Sequence record: PX880103.1
DNA length: 64,000 bases
Source: a phage
Direction: 5' to 3' (one strand)
A program made the translations under genes and the position numbers. This document shows positions 10,246 through 19,841 of the stretch, in pieces. Numbering within the stretch: the first letter of the stretch is position 1; every line of letters begins with the position of its first letter. The notes beneath the pieces are model-generated. The model was given only the letters and a program-made list of their open reading frames with translations, searched no databases and was not told the origin of the DNA.

Positions 10246-10444
10246 AGCTAAACTTTTTGGCACCCTTCCAGCCTTCATACATCATTGCGGCTGATATTAA
10301 TATTGCTCCTGAGCAACTTGAATATTTGTGATTCCAAAACCAGTTCAGAAAAACTTCGTCATCAATACCTTGGGCTATCATATTTTCAAAGAACTGACGA
10401 CGAGCTTCAGCAATTCGCTGCGATAATTTAGATTCAGGATTCAT
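10244..10444 (-). CDS. hypothetical protein
   Basis: 66 aa ORF followed by hairpin 10230-10245. Confidence 0.35.
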   Translation of the reverse strand: MNPESKLSQRIAEARRQFFENMIAQGIDDEVFLNWFWNHKYSSCSGAILISAAMMYEGWKGAKKFS

Positions 10445-10579
10445 TTAAATTTCCCACCAATTGCCATTTTCATCAATAAATTTAATCCAGTCATTTACTG
10501 ACCACTTAGTTGTATCGCCTTTTGGAGTAACATTTAAAGTGTATAACCCTTGTTTAAAAAGCATTCGTTTAATATTCAT
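10445..10579 (-). CDS. hypothetical small protein
   Basis: 44 aa from internal ATG (MNIKRMLF...), start uncertain. Confidence 0.25.
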   Translation of the reverse strand: MNIKRMLFKQGLYTLNVTPKGDTTKWSVNDWIKFIDENGNWWEI

Positions 10580-10586
10580 ATTTTCC

Positions 10587-10880
10587 TCAGCTGTAACGAT
10601 AACACTCGTTTGATTTACGTTTAGCAACTCGTTGAGAAGTATTATAATCAAAATCATCGTCAATGTAAACTGATTTTTTCAACTTTCTTACTTCACCGCG
10701 TAATTGACGATTTAGCTCATCTTTAACTTCTGAATCAATGCCTTTCATTCTACGCCATTTATCTGAGCGAAAAATGTTTTCAACCATATCTTTATGACTT
10801 ACCCCATCAGGAGCTTTACGCTTTCCGAAATAGTCATAATCACGCACTTTTAAGTCTTTACGACGATACGTTTTACCCAT
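10587..10880 (-). CDS. hypothetical basic protein
   Basis: 97 aa from ATG at 10880 (MGKTYRRKDLK...), ATG overlaps stop of upstream small ORF. Confidence 0.35.
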   Translation of the reverse strand: MGKTYRRKDLKVRDYDYFGKRKAPDGVSHKDMVENIFRSDKWRRMKGIDSEVKDELNRQLRGEVRKLKKSVYIDDDFDYNTSQRVAKRKSNECYRYS

Positions 10881-11049
10881 GGAGTTTAATTTCCTTAGCA
10901 ACTGAACTAAATACAGCACGATCACAAATCATACGTTTGTTCCATTTAATCACAGTATAATGAACATCTAGATCATCGACTGCTGTAACAATAACGATAT
11001 GTCCGTTAACACGATAATACTGGTCAATTTTAATCTCTTTATCAACCAT
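10873..11049 (-). CDS. small hypothetical protein
   Basis: 58 aa ATG ORF (MVDKEIKIDQYYRVNGH...), translationally coupled to next ORF. Confidence 0.3.
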   Translation of the reverse strand: MVDKEIKIDQYYRVNGHIVIVTAVDDLDVHYTVIKWNKRMICDRAVFSSVAKEIKLHG

Positions 11050-11077
11050 ATCAATTCCTCAAAGGTAATTCATATGT

Positions 11078-11109
11078 TAATAATACCATAGTTTGAACTT
11101 GTTGTAAAC
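11078..11109 (-). promoter_or_regulatory. T4-type early promoter candidate
   Basis: On minus strand GTTTAC then ~18 nt then TGGTATTAT. Confidence 0.4.
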
Positions 11110-11189
11110 AACTTTGTGAAAAATATTTTAGGGAATGATAAGAAAGGAACGATAGCTTAGAATGGTAATATACAGAATGCGAGAAAGAA

Positions 11190-11205
11190 AGGCCCAGAGG
11201 GCCCG
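11190..11205 (-). terminator. GC-rich stem-loop after nrdH
   Basis: GGCCC-AGA-GGGCC hairpin just downstream of nrdH stop. Confidence 0.4.
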
Positions 11206-11207
11206 TC

Positions 11208-11516
11208 TTAATCTTCTATGATATCTCTATCATATCCAAGTGAAATGAGAGTTTCTTTGAAGTGTTTAATGTTCTTTTGTCTAGAATCATTAATGAAAAT
11301 GACTGGATAACGAATGTTAAGAGATGTGAATCCAGCGCGTTTAGCAAGAGATACAATCAGCGGACGATCATACTCAATCTTACCATTATTTGTAAGAACT
11401 TTATAGAAAGTAAAAGGAGCATTGAGCTCCTTTAGAAGTTTTGTAACTGATTGACATCCAGGACAACGACCTACTTCATCTGGAATTCCATAGACTTCAA
11501 TCTTATTTTGTTTCAC
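11208..11516 (-). CDS. nrdH: glutaredoxin-like protein NrdH
   Basis: 102 aa, CPGC redox motif near N-terminus, position beside nrdG/nrdD. Confidence 0.7.
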   Translation of the reverse strand: MKQNKIEVYGIPDEVGRCPGCQSVTKLLKELNAPFTFYKVLTNNGKIEYDRPLIVSLAKRAGFTSLNIRYPVIFINDSRQKNIKHFKETLISLGYDRDIIED

Positions 11517-11518
11517 AA

Positions 11519-11731
11519 CTATTCCTTACTAAGAGCAGCATTCAACTTGTTAGTAATTTTATCCAGACGCTCATTGAACTCGCTAGAAGATAAACCCTTT
11601 TCTGGAGAAATCAAACTAATCACGAAAAATATAGCAATAAAAGGAATAAGGAAAATAGCTCCAACTGCCATAAACAGAAAGAATGTTACAGTTGTAAGAA
11701 AATCAGCTAAACCTTTACGAAATTTATACAT
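11519..11731 (-). CDS. small membrane protein
   Basis: 70 aa with one long hydrophobic segment. Confidence 0.4.
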   Translation of the reverse strand: MYKFRKGLADFLTTVTFFLFMAVGAIFLIPFIAIFFVISLISPEKGLSSSEFNERLDKITNKLNAALSKE

Positions 11732-11849
11732 TTACATTTACCCTTAATTGATTAACCAAGCATTGATAAGCACTAAACTATACTGTGAATAAAATTCTGG
11801 ACCAAAATGAAAAATCATATCATTTATAGTATCCATAATATAATTCAAT

Positions 11850-12320
11850 TTAATCATGTTTCCACACCCCATCGGTATTTGACCAAAGTCGCTGATTATC
11901 TGATCCTCGCCACAGCTTTTTAGTCGGAAGATTTTTCTCATACTTCCCATCAATAATAACATCAACATATTTAAGCATTTCTAGTTGTTTAATATCTTCA
12001 AACTTATATCCTGTCCACAACCAAATGCTTTTATTGGGATAAAGATTTTTTACTGTTTGAACAATGCAATGAATAACATCTCGGTTATCAGGATAGAGAG
12101 GGTCTCCTCCAGTTATAGTTAATCCTTCTATATAATCATTATCCAAACATTCAATTAATTGTTCTAGTGTTTCACCGGTGAATGGAATACCATTTCTAGC
12201 ATTCCATGTTGATTTATTATAACACCCTTCGCATTTATGCAAACAACCTGTAACGAAAAGAACGACCCTGCAACCAGGGCCATTCACAAAATCGCAAGGA
12301 TAAAATCTATCATAATTCAT
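11850..12320 (-). CDS. nrdG: anaerobic ribonucleotide reductase activating protein NrdG (radical SAM)
   Basis: 156 aa, cysteine cluster CLHKCEGCYN, overlaps nrdD stop. Confidence 0.85.
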   Translation of the reverse strand: MNYDRFYPCDFVNGPGCRVVLFVTGCLHKCEGCYNKSTWNARNGIPFTGETLEQLIECLDNDYIEGLTITGGDPLYPDNRDVIHCIVQTVKNLYPNKSIWLWTGYKFEDIKQLEMLKYVDVIIDGKYEKNLPTKKLWRGSDNQRLWSNTDGVWKHD

Positions 12321-14134
12321 TGGTGTTTAACCCTATGCATGATTTCTTTATTTTTACCGAGATTAAATCCGCGCTCGTTCGGATTTCCCAAATAACCACA
12401 TGTTCTTCTTATGGTATTCATCTTTTTAGGATCAGTTTCTCCACAAATAGAACAAACAAATCCATTTTCAGTAGGAGTCATTTCATGGGTACTTCCACAT
12501 GTAAAACATTTATCTACTGGCATATTAACACCAAAATAATCTAAATGTTGTGCAGCATAATCCCATACGGCCTCAAGACCTTTTAAGTTATTTTTCATAT
12601 CAGGAAGTTCAACATAAGAAATGTGACCACCTGTCGCAATGAAATGATACGGCGCTTCACGAGAAATCTTTTCAAACGGAGTAATATTTTCTTCTACTGA
12701 AACATGGAAACTGTTAGTGTACCAGCCTTTATCGGTAACATCTTTTACACTTCCATATTTTTCTGTATCAAGTTTACAGAAGCGATAACAAAGGTTTTCA
12801 GCAGGAGTCGAATATAAACTAAAAGCAAATCCGGTTCTTTCAGTCCACTGTTTAAGATGAGCATTCATTTTAGTTAAAATTTCTCGTCCAATATCACGAC
12901 CGACAAGAATATTCAATTCGTGAATACCAATGTATCCTAAAGACACTGAACTTCTACCGTTTTTAAATAACTCAATTATGTCGTCATCAGGTTTAAGACG
13001 AACCCCGAATGCACCTTCTTGGTAAAGAATAGGAGCAACAGTTGCTTTAACTCCTTTTAAGGAACTAATTCTACACATCAAAGCTTCAAAACACAAATCC
13101 ATTCGTTCATTGAATAATTCAACAAATTTCTGTTCATTGAACTGTGTTCCAATATAAGAATCTAACGCAATGCGAGGAAGATTCAGTGTTACAACACCAA
13201 GATTATTACGTCCATCAAGAATTTCATTGCCAGTCGAATCTTTCCATACGCTCAAAAAACTACGGCAACCCATTGGAGAAACAGGAACAGATGAACCAGT
13301 GATAGCTTTATTGTTCTTAGCTGAAATAATATCAGGATACATCCTTTTGCTTGCACACTCTAGAGCAAGCTGCTTAATATCATAGTTCGGATCGTCTTTA
13401 TAAAGATTAACACCTTCTTCAACGAACATAACAAGCTTAGGGAAAATAGGAGTTATTCCATCACGACCAAGACCTTTAATACGATTTTTCAGAATTGCTT
13501 TCTGAATCATTCGTTCAGTCCAGTCAGTTCCCGTACCAAATGTAATTGTTACAAAAGGAGTCTGTCCGTTTGAACTAAAGAGAGTATTTACTTCATATTC
13601 ATAAGCTTGGAATGCATCGTATACGTCTTTTTCTGTTTTAGATTGAGCATAATTCAACGCATCAGCGATTTGCCATTTTTCTGCATCCTCAATATGTTTT
13701 GCATAGGTGCGTTTAACATAAGGAGAAAGTACTTTATCTACATTCGCAAAAGTCGTTCCGCCATATTGGTGAGAAGCAACTTGTGCAGTAATTTGTGCCA
13801 TAATTGCAGTAGCAACGCCAATTGATTTAGGAGTTTCAATCTGTGCATTACCTAGCTTAAATCCGTTCTCAAGCATTCCTTTTAAATCTACTAAACAGCA
13901 ATTAGTAAATGGAAGAGCAGGGGAATAATCAATATCATGGAAATGAATAATTCCGCTTTCATGCGCTTTCATAATAAAAGACGGGACCATATTTTTGGCA
14001 ATGTGTTTAGACACAATACCAGCCATAAGGTCCCGTTGAGTTGGAAAAACACGAGAATCTTTATTAGCATTCTCGTTTAAAAGGTCTTTATTAGTTTTAT
14101 GAATCAATCCTTCAATTTCTTTTTCAATTGTCAT
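12317..14134 (-). CDS. nrdD: anaerobic ribonucleoside-triphosphate reductase NrdD, uninterrupted
   Basis: 605 aa continuous ORF, glycyl radical motif RRTCGYLG near C-terminus, C-terminal Cys cluster. Confidence 0.9.
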   Translation of the reverse strand: MTIEKEIEGLIHKTNKDLLNENANKDSRVFPTQRDLMAGIVSKHIAKNMVPSFIMKAHESGIIHFHDIDYSPALPFTNCCLVDLKGMLENGFKLGNAQIETPKSIGVATAIMAQITAQVASHQYGGTTFANVDKVLSPYVKRTYAKHIEDAEKWQIADALNYAQSKTEKDVYDAFQAYEYEVNTLFSSNGQTPFVTITFGTGTDWTERMIQKAILKNRIKGLGRDGITPIFPKLVMFVEEGVNLYKDDPNYDIKQLALECASKRMYPDIISAKNNKAITGSSVPVSPMGCRSFLSVWKDSTGNEILDGRNNLGVVTLNLPRIALDSYIGTQFNEQKFVELFNERMDLCFEALMCRISSLKGVKATVAPILYQEGAFGVRLKPDDDIIELFKNGRSSVSLGYIGIHELNILVGRDIGREILTKMNAHLKQWTERTGFAFSLYSTPAENLCYRFCKLDTEKYGSVKDVTDKGWYTNSFHVSVEENITPFEKISREAPYHFIATGGHISYVELPDMKNNLKGLEAVWDYAAQHLDYFGVNMPVDKCFTCGSTHEMTPTENGFVCSICGETDPKKMNTIRRTCGYLGNPNERGFNLGKNKEIMHRVKHQ

Positions 14135-14604
14135 TTTAAACTCTTTCTAAGCTGCTTCTTAAATGAAGCTATTAACTGTGTTTTGGTGTCAGATTCATTA
14201 TATTCAAATCCTCTTTGAAGCATCTCGGCCATCATTTCCTCTTTTCCTAAACGAGAAAATTCCTTTGATTTATCTCCAACAAAGTTAGGGTGAATATTAT
14301 TTTGGGTGTAATCGGATTTTAAATAAGTAAGTAAATTTTCTAACCATTCAAGATAATCAACACCTTGTCCCTTTAAGCCAGAACGATTAAATTTGTGCTT
14401 CATTTGACCTTCTGCAGCATTGCAGAGATTACAAAGCAATCCACGCACCTTTCCTGCTTTTGGTCCATTTAATTCATGGTCATGGTCGAGGTGATTAGCT
14501 TGAACATCAGGATTTAGTTCTCGTTGGCAAATTAAGCATTTACCGTTTTGTGCATCATAAAATTTCTGTTTTTCTTCTTTATATAATTTGCCAGTCAATA
14601 ACAT
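14131..14604 (-). CDS. 49: endonuclease VII (Holliday junction resolvase) gp49
   Basis: 157 aa, MLLTGKLYKEEKQKFYDAQNGKCLICQRELNPDVQANHLDHDHELNGPKAG... matches recalled T4 EndoVII. Confidence 0.9.
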   Translation of the reverse strand: MLLTGKLYKEEKQKFYDAQNGKCLICQRELNPDVQANHLDHDHELNGPKAGKVRGLLCNLCNAAEGQMKHKFNRSGLKGQGVDYLEWLENLLTYLKSDYTQNNIHPNFVGDKSKEFSRLGKEEMMAEMLQRGFEYNESDTKTQLIASFKKQLRKSLK

Positions 14605-14645
14605 AATAAACCCTTACCTTAAATAGATAAGGGTATTTATTATTT

Positions 14646-15131
14646 TCAAGTATTGTAAAACATTTGATGCAATCGCTTATATTGCCGAATCTTTTGGTCA
14701 GAAAAAGAAATTTGAGTTTCAAGCCATTCAATGTACTCTGCGGCAGCTTGCATCAGGTTACCTTCATAGCCATCGTTATTTTCTTGTGCAGCTAATTTAG
14801 CTAATGCGTATGAAATGCGTTCACCTTGAAAATCGGCTTTAGGCTTCTGAACAACTTGATTAGTTCGCTCTACAACTTCTTCAATTTCGCCATTTTCGAC
14901 TGATTCAGTATTCCACAAACACCAGTACGTAATTGGCTTATCGTAGATGTTAATAATCTTTCCGTCGGAAAGTTCAATTTCAATAATTCCAGTGTCAGGC
15001 TCTATATCATCTTCGCATTCTTTTGCAAGTTCACGAACTTTAAAGACAGTACCTGCACTAAGTTCTGGCCAGTAATTACACAGCCCTGTATCAACACGAT
15101 TAATTCTAAACCACTTATCTACTGTAATCAT
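14646..15131 (-). CDS. hypothetical protein, possible protease inhibitor Pin
   Basis: 161 aa from internal ATG (MITVDKW...); length and position between 49 and nrdC fit T4 pin, sequence not verified. Confidence 0.4.
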   Translation of the reverse strand: MITVDKWFRINRVDTGLCNYWPELSAGTVFKVRELAKECEDDIEPDTGIIEIELSDGKIINIYDKPITYWCLWNTESVENGEIEEVVERTNQVVQKPKADFQGERISYALAKLAAQENNDGYEGNLMQAAAEYIEWLETQISFSDQKIRQYKRLHQMFYNT

Positions 15132-15254
15132 GTCCCATCTCCATATCAATTAAGTCATTTATCGTTGGTTCATTATATACTGTTTCTTCATCAGTGTAAA
15201 CCGGTTCTTCCGGCTCTGGCTCTACAGTTTCCCATCTAGCCGCCCACCAAGGTT

Positions 15255-15575
15255 TTATAGCGTAATCCATTCTCGTACTGTCTGAGTTACTACACGTTCT
15301 CGAAGCTCAACCAGTTCAACGGTAGGAACTGCATAATACCAGTCAGAATGATAAGAACCTGAGCGAGATTCATTTACAGCCACATGTACATTATGTTTTG
15401 GACTAAAATAAACACACTGACGATATTGGCATTTACCATCTTGCACCCAGTCTTCTATTTCGATAGGTTTAAGATAATCGGAAAAATCGAAATCATAGTT
15501 TTCTGAAAATGCATCGTGGTCTTCGATGATTTCGCTCAGAACTGCATCAACATCTAATTTATTTTCAATAGTCAT
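15255..15575 (-). CDS. hypothetical protein
   Basis: 106 aa acidic ORF. Confidence 0.4.
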   Translation of the reverse strand: MTIENKLDVDAVLSEIIEDHDAFSENYDFDFSDYLKPIEIEDWVQDGKCQYRQCVYFSPKHNVHVAVNESRSGSYHSDWYYAVPTVELVELRERVVTQTVREWITL

Positions 15576-15586
15576 TTTTTCACCAA

Positions 15587-15796
15587 TTAATTTCGCAATT
15601 TATTAAGTTCTTCATAATCAATCCAGGATTCTAATCCTGATGGCAAATCAGATTCAATTTCCCAAAGAAGTTCTTCAATTTTATGAAGACGATCTAGTTC
15701 TTCAGCTGGAATAGTAACCATTGATGGAGTTCTTGATACACTAATATCGTAAATCATATTTACCCCAGTTTGACCATACAATCGCCGTATTTCCAC
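15587..15796 (-). CDS. hypothetical protein
   Basis: 69 aa ORF. Confidence 0.35.
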   Translation of the reverse strand: MEIRRLYGQTGVNMIYDISVSRTPSMVTIPAEELDRLHKIEELLWEIESDLPSGLESWIDYEELNKLRN

Positions 15797-15975
15797 TTAG
15801 AAATAGACTTTTCGCCATTAGAATAATAAACTTCAAGTTTAGCACGGTTATTTTTAATTTGAATAACCTTTGCTGTCATCAAAGTTCCATACCCATAATA
15901 AACTGCAACTTCATCACCTACATATACCGCGCTTCCGCGGTAGTCATGGATATAATCAGTTCCTTCGAGCATCAT
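15760..15975 (-). CDS. hypothetical protein
   Basis: 71 aa ORF overlapping nrdC stop. Confidence 0.35.
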   Translation of the reverse strand: MMLEGTDYIHDYRGSAVYVGDEVAVYYGYGTLMTAKVIQIKNNRAKLEVYYSNGEKSISKWKYGDCMVKLG

Positions 15976-16235
15976 TTAAAGTATTCCCGCAATTGGTCAA
16001 ATCCACCAATATGACTTCCATCAGGAGCAAATACCTGAGGCATTGTCAAGCCGATTTGAGTATCACGACCTAGTTTAGTCAGAAGCTCAGCGATTTTTTC
16101 ATCATCAAAAACACCTTTTTCCGGCATAATGTTGATAAATTCAAACGGCTGTTTCTTCACGGTCAAAAGACGTTTTGCATTATCACAATACACACATTTA
16201 TGGATGTTGCTATCATAACCATATACTTTAAACAT
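15972..16235 (-). CDS. nrdC: thioredoxin/glutaredoxin NrdC
   Basis: 87 aa, MFKVYGYDSNIHKCVYCDNAKRLL..., CVYC active site, matches recalled T4 thioredoxin. Confidence 0.85.
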   Translation of the reverse strand: MFKVYGYDSNIHKCVYCDNAKRLLTVKKQPFEFINIMPEKGVFDDEKIAELLTKLGRDTQIGLTMPQVFAPDGSHIGGFDQLREYFK

Positions 16236-16236
16236 A

Positions 16237-16479
16237 TTATTCCTTAATTCCTAGTACTTGTTTAAAAGTCTCATCGTAATCAAGACTTTGGCCCGTCTGT
16301 TCTTTATGTTTGTATATAATATCACTTACTTCTGATAGCATATTTTTATATGAACGAGTTAAAGCAGATTTAAGCACGCTGTATCTATCAGGAAATTTAC
16401 CATGTTCATTATAATACGCTATTGCTAATTCACGGACTGCCTTTTCAGCAGTCTCCATATATTCTTTACGCTTTGTCAT
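16237..16479 (-). CDS. hypothetical protein (nrdC.x-like)
   Basis: ORF; ATG start either 16479 or 16458, ORF-track start is an upstream extension. Confidence 0.35.
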
Positions 16480-16780
16480 TTTCTTCTCGGTCAAATCGGT
16501 GTTTACAATGGCGGCATTTATAACGAAGATTACTAGTCTGCCAATGGACCAATTGCACCTGTTCAGTTCCACATTCAGGGCAATTAGGAACGTTTTTAGA
16601 AGCACGTTCGCGACGTTCAACCATAACCATTACAGAATCCCAATTAACAGGAGGGCTATAATCATCACAACCATGAATCTTTCCACGCATTTCCAGATCG
16701 TCTTCTTCACCAGCCATAATAATTTTAATTAGACTAGAATTACTTGAAGCTGCAATGTCTTCTAATAAACGCTTTTTCAT
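16466..16780 (-). CDS. zinc-ribbon protein
   Basis: 104 aa, CPECG...CRHCKH four-Cys ribbon. Confidence 0.45.
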
Positions 16781-17703
16781 TTCAATACCTCAATAGCATT
16801 ACGTAAACCATTTGCTTTGGCGGTTAAAGCCTTGAGAACTTTAGTATGCTCTTCAATTTGTTTTTCAACTTCAACCAAACGAGCATTGAGATATTCGCGT
16901 TCTTCTTTCATAGTATCATTCCCATGATTGGATTTTGGCGTAGGTTTAAATTCACTAGGGTCCTTTAACTTAATAACAAATTTAGTTTCAAACAGTGAAA
17001 GACCATAATTCGTATTATCATCAAAGGATTTGACTACATCCATATCAGATAATAACACGCGCAAATTATAAGCCAAAGAACTAATAGTTTCATTGTGTTT
17101 ATTAGCTTCGCGGGGTTTCATATACGGAAGATTTTTATATATCTCGTGCGGAGCGCAAATTATAATTGACAATTCAAATTGCCCATTCTGGGACGATGGA
17201 GTGAATTTAGCTGTAACCCAGTCTTTTACATTCACATTAATAGTACGGTTATCACCATGACAAAACAGTCTACGAGAATGCTTAAAAAGCATATTCACGT
17301 TATTATTGAATTCGTGTGAAAATTCACTAGCAAATTTTTCTTTACTATCTTTAGAAAACCATTCTTCTAAATAAGTTCTTTTCACGTCGTTAATAATATT
17401 AAATGTAACAACACTAGCATTTGATACATTAGTCTCAATGTAGCTTGGATACATAAATTTTTTAACATTATTAACAGCTATCACAGAAGATAGTAATCGG
17501 GAACGTTTGAACCACTCGAGCAAAGAACCAAGAGAATGTGAATACGCATTTTGTGTATCTTTACAAATATGGTTTTCCCATCCAATATAGTCTAAAAAAT
17601 CACGAAGAATATTATTGATTACTGCTCTGTGTCCTATCTGATAATTACGATGTTTAGTAATAAGACTGTCAAAATAATCAATATAATGTTTACGAGTTTT
17701 CAT
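16777..17703 (-). CDS. hypothetical protein with C-terminal coiled coil (paralog 1)
   Basis: 308 aa, C-terminal heptad-like segment ...[31 protein letters not shown]. Confidence 0.5.
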   Translation of the reverse strand: MKTRKHYIDYFDSLITKHRNYQIGHRAVINNILRDFLDYIGWENHICKDTQNAYSHSLGSLLEWFKRSRLLSSVIAVNNVKKFMYPSYIETNVSNASVVTFNIINDVKRTYLEEWFSKDSKEKFASEFSHEFNNNVNMLFKHSRRLFCHGDNRTINVNVKDWVTAKFTPSSQNGQFELSIIICAPHEIYKNLPYMKPREANKHNETISSLAYNLRVLLSDMDVVKSFDDNTNYGLSLFETKFVIKLKDPSEFKPTPKSNHGNDTMKEEREYLNARLVEVEKQIEEHTKVLKALTAKANGLRNAIEVLK

Positions 17704-17754
17704 GTTCTTCTCACTTGTTAATGATTTATACTCCGAGCCATCCTTGGCTTTAAA

Positions 17755-18756
17755 TTACTTAATTAACTGTAAAGCTTGTTCAAGACGATCCAAGCGATTA
17801 ACAGATTCTTCCCAAATCCTTTTAGCCTGCTCATATTCTTTCTGCGCTTTATTAGAAATTTCTAGAACTTCTTTATAAGCTTTTTCTAGTGCAATAACTT
17901 CTGGACGAATTTCTACCGATTCAGGTGAATCGTCAAGACATTCCATTAGTTCCTCAAGGGTAGTTTCTTCTTTAGGAGTATTCACAATTTCATCACATTT
18001 TTGTTGATAAATTTCTTTATCAGTAGGTGAGTACGCGCACTTTACTTCACGAAGACTAATTACAATTTTATATCCTTCCCAACCGCATATATTCTTAAAA
18101 GGATATGTATGAATATTTTCTACTGTTTCCATACAAAGTAATGCGGTCTCTAATTGACGAGTTATAGTGCTAGCAATTGAGAAAAATTTATTAATATTCT
18201 TTTGGTTAGTTTCTGGTGTAAAAAATCCATAATTCACAAAAATAGCTACTTTATTTTTATCAAGCTCATATTCTTTTATGATAATCATATCAGAAGCCAA
18301 AGGATGAATTTGACGATAATCGCCATAACATAATTTAGAAGCTGATTTTAGAATTTGCTTCTTAAAAAGTCTGAAATTACTAATCCAACGACGAGTAAAA
18401 ATATTCTCAGGGTCTTCTTTGACATTAAGATGATAAGAATTAACATCACCGAACCAATTATATCCTACTACATCTTTGGTTCGTTTAATTTCTTTCCCAA
18501 AATTACCAAGAATATCCCGATTAACCAAATATGAAAGAAGACGAGACTCTTTAAAGGTTTTCTTGATATTATCTTTATCTACACGGCTAGAAATTTTACG
18601 AATTTCATGAATAAATTTAGCAGAAGAAACAATACCTGCATCAACACTATTGAGCCATTGATTGATAATAGAAAGAACGCTATTTTGGCCAAACATCGGT
18701 ATAGCTTTATCATCAATAACGCTATTGAATGATTTGATATATTCGTTACGAGTCAT
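17755..18756 (-). CDS. hypothetical protein with C-terminal coiled coil (paralog 2)
   Basis: 333 aa from ATG (MTRNEYIKSF...); early-promoter motif lies inside the ORF-track N-terminal extension. Confidence 0.5.
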   Translation of the reverse strand: MTRNEYIKSFNSVIDDKAIPMFGQNSVLSIINQWLNSVDAGIVSSAKFIHEIRKISSRVDKDNIKKTFKESRLLSYLVNRDILGNFGKEIKRTKDVVGYNWFGDVNSYHLNVKEDPENIFTRRWISNFRLFKKQILKSASKLCYGDYRQIHPLASDMIIIKEYELDKNKVAIFVNYGFFTPETNQKNINKFFSIASTITRQLETALLCMETVENIHTYPFKNICGWEGYKIVISLREVKCAYSPTDKEIYQQKCDEIVNTPKEETTLEELMECLDDSPESVEIRPEVIALEKAYKEVLEISNKAQKEYEQAKRIWEESVNRLDRLEQALQLIK

Positions 18757-18784
18757 AATAATCTCCTCAGTAGAAAGTAAGAAC

Positions 18785-18814
18785 ATTATACCACATCCTT
18801 GTGGCAAAGTAAAC
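18785..18814 (-). promoter_or_regulatory. T4-type early promoter candidate
   Basis: Minus strand GTTTAC-N18-TGGTATAAT (extended -10), upstream of ATG at 18756. Confidence 0.5.
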
Positions 18815-19833
18815 TAGTTCAGTGCATTTAGTGCATTGTTCAGTTTAGAACGTTGCTTTGTCAGATTTTGAACCCTTGACTGAGCTTGTTCTAACACCTT
18901 TTCAGCTTCTAGCACTTCATTGGTCGCTTTAATGAGTTCAGCATCTACTGCCTTAAGAGACTTCTCAATCGCGTCAGCGTGCCATTTTTCTACAGGTTTA
19001 AAATTTGAATTTTCAGTAGGAAGAAAACTCACTTTATTAAGTTTACATGCATCTATATTGCTTGAGCTATACATCCAAAATTTAGGATCGTTTGATGAGT
19101 AATTGGATAAATTTAAGATATCTTGCACTTCCTGCTTTTTCTCTCGCGGGACTTCGTCCTTTCTCAAAAAATCGTATTTAAATGAAACGATCATATCAAG
19201 TTCATATGTTGTTGTGTCTAATTTAAATCGCTCAAAACGAGGTAAAATCTTAGACTGAACAGCGGCAACAACATCCATATACTTAAATGCTTCTGTCAAC
19301 TGCGATTTAAGGCATTCGCAAATTGAAAGAGAATTTTTTGTATTAGGTTTAAAGCTAATTCGTGCAGTTCTGTTATTTTCTTTTAATGGTCTTACTTCCA
19401 TCTGAAGAGTATAACCATCAAATTTCAGATTCTTTAAGTTAATATCAGAACCTTTTAATCGACTAGCCGTCGACAAAATTTGCTTTAATTGTTTACGGAA
19501 TAGAGCAATAAATCTCCATTCAATACGATAATGATTTGGATTGAAAAATCCAGATGATAAATCGACCTTACTCTGACCAACACCTTGAACAAATAGAGGA
19601 TTTTTATAATCAATAGTTTTACAGAAATCAACGAGCTGCTCACGAGCCGTCATTTGTGTAATATACCCTGCTTCGTTAAAATGACGTAACCATTCACTGC
19701 TATTCATATACTTAAAGTGAATGGAACTATTAACTCTATCAGGGTCTAAATTATTTTCACACAAAAATGTCATAACATCACGAGTATAACTGGCATTACG
19801 AACCATATCTTCAATTTGAGAACGAGTTTTCAT
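18814..19833 (-). CDS. hypothetical protein with C-terminal coiled coil (paralog 3)
   Basis: 339 aa, C-terminal ...EAEKVLEQAQSRVQNLTKQRSKLNNALNALN. Confidence 0.5.
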   Translation of the reverse strand: MKTRSQIEDMVRNASYTRDVMTFLCENNLDPDRVNSSIHFKYMNSSEWLRHFNEAGYITQMTAREQLVDFCKTIDYKNPLFVQGVGQSKVDLSSGFFNPNHYRIEWRFIALFRKQLKQILSTASRLKGSDINLKNLKFDGYTLQMEVRPLKENNRTARISFKPNTKNSLSICECLKSQLTEAFKYMDVVAAVQSKILPRFERFKLDTTTYELDMIVSFKYDFLRKDEVPREKKQEVQDILNLSNYSSNDPKFWMYSSSNIDACKLNKVSFLPTENSNFKPVEKWHADAIEKSLKAVDAELIKATNEVLEAEKVLEQAQSRVQNLTKQRSKLNNALNALN

Positions 19834-19841
19834 GGTGTTCC

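Noticed and set aside
11744-11968. 74-aa ORF overlapping the end of nrdG
   Set aside because: Overlaps nrdG by over 100 nt in another frame; any non-overlapping internal start would give under 35 aa.
12317-14134. Group I intron in nrdD
   Set aside because: The 605-aa reading frame is continuous with conserved C-terminal glycyl-radical motif; no interruption seen.
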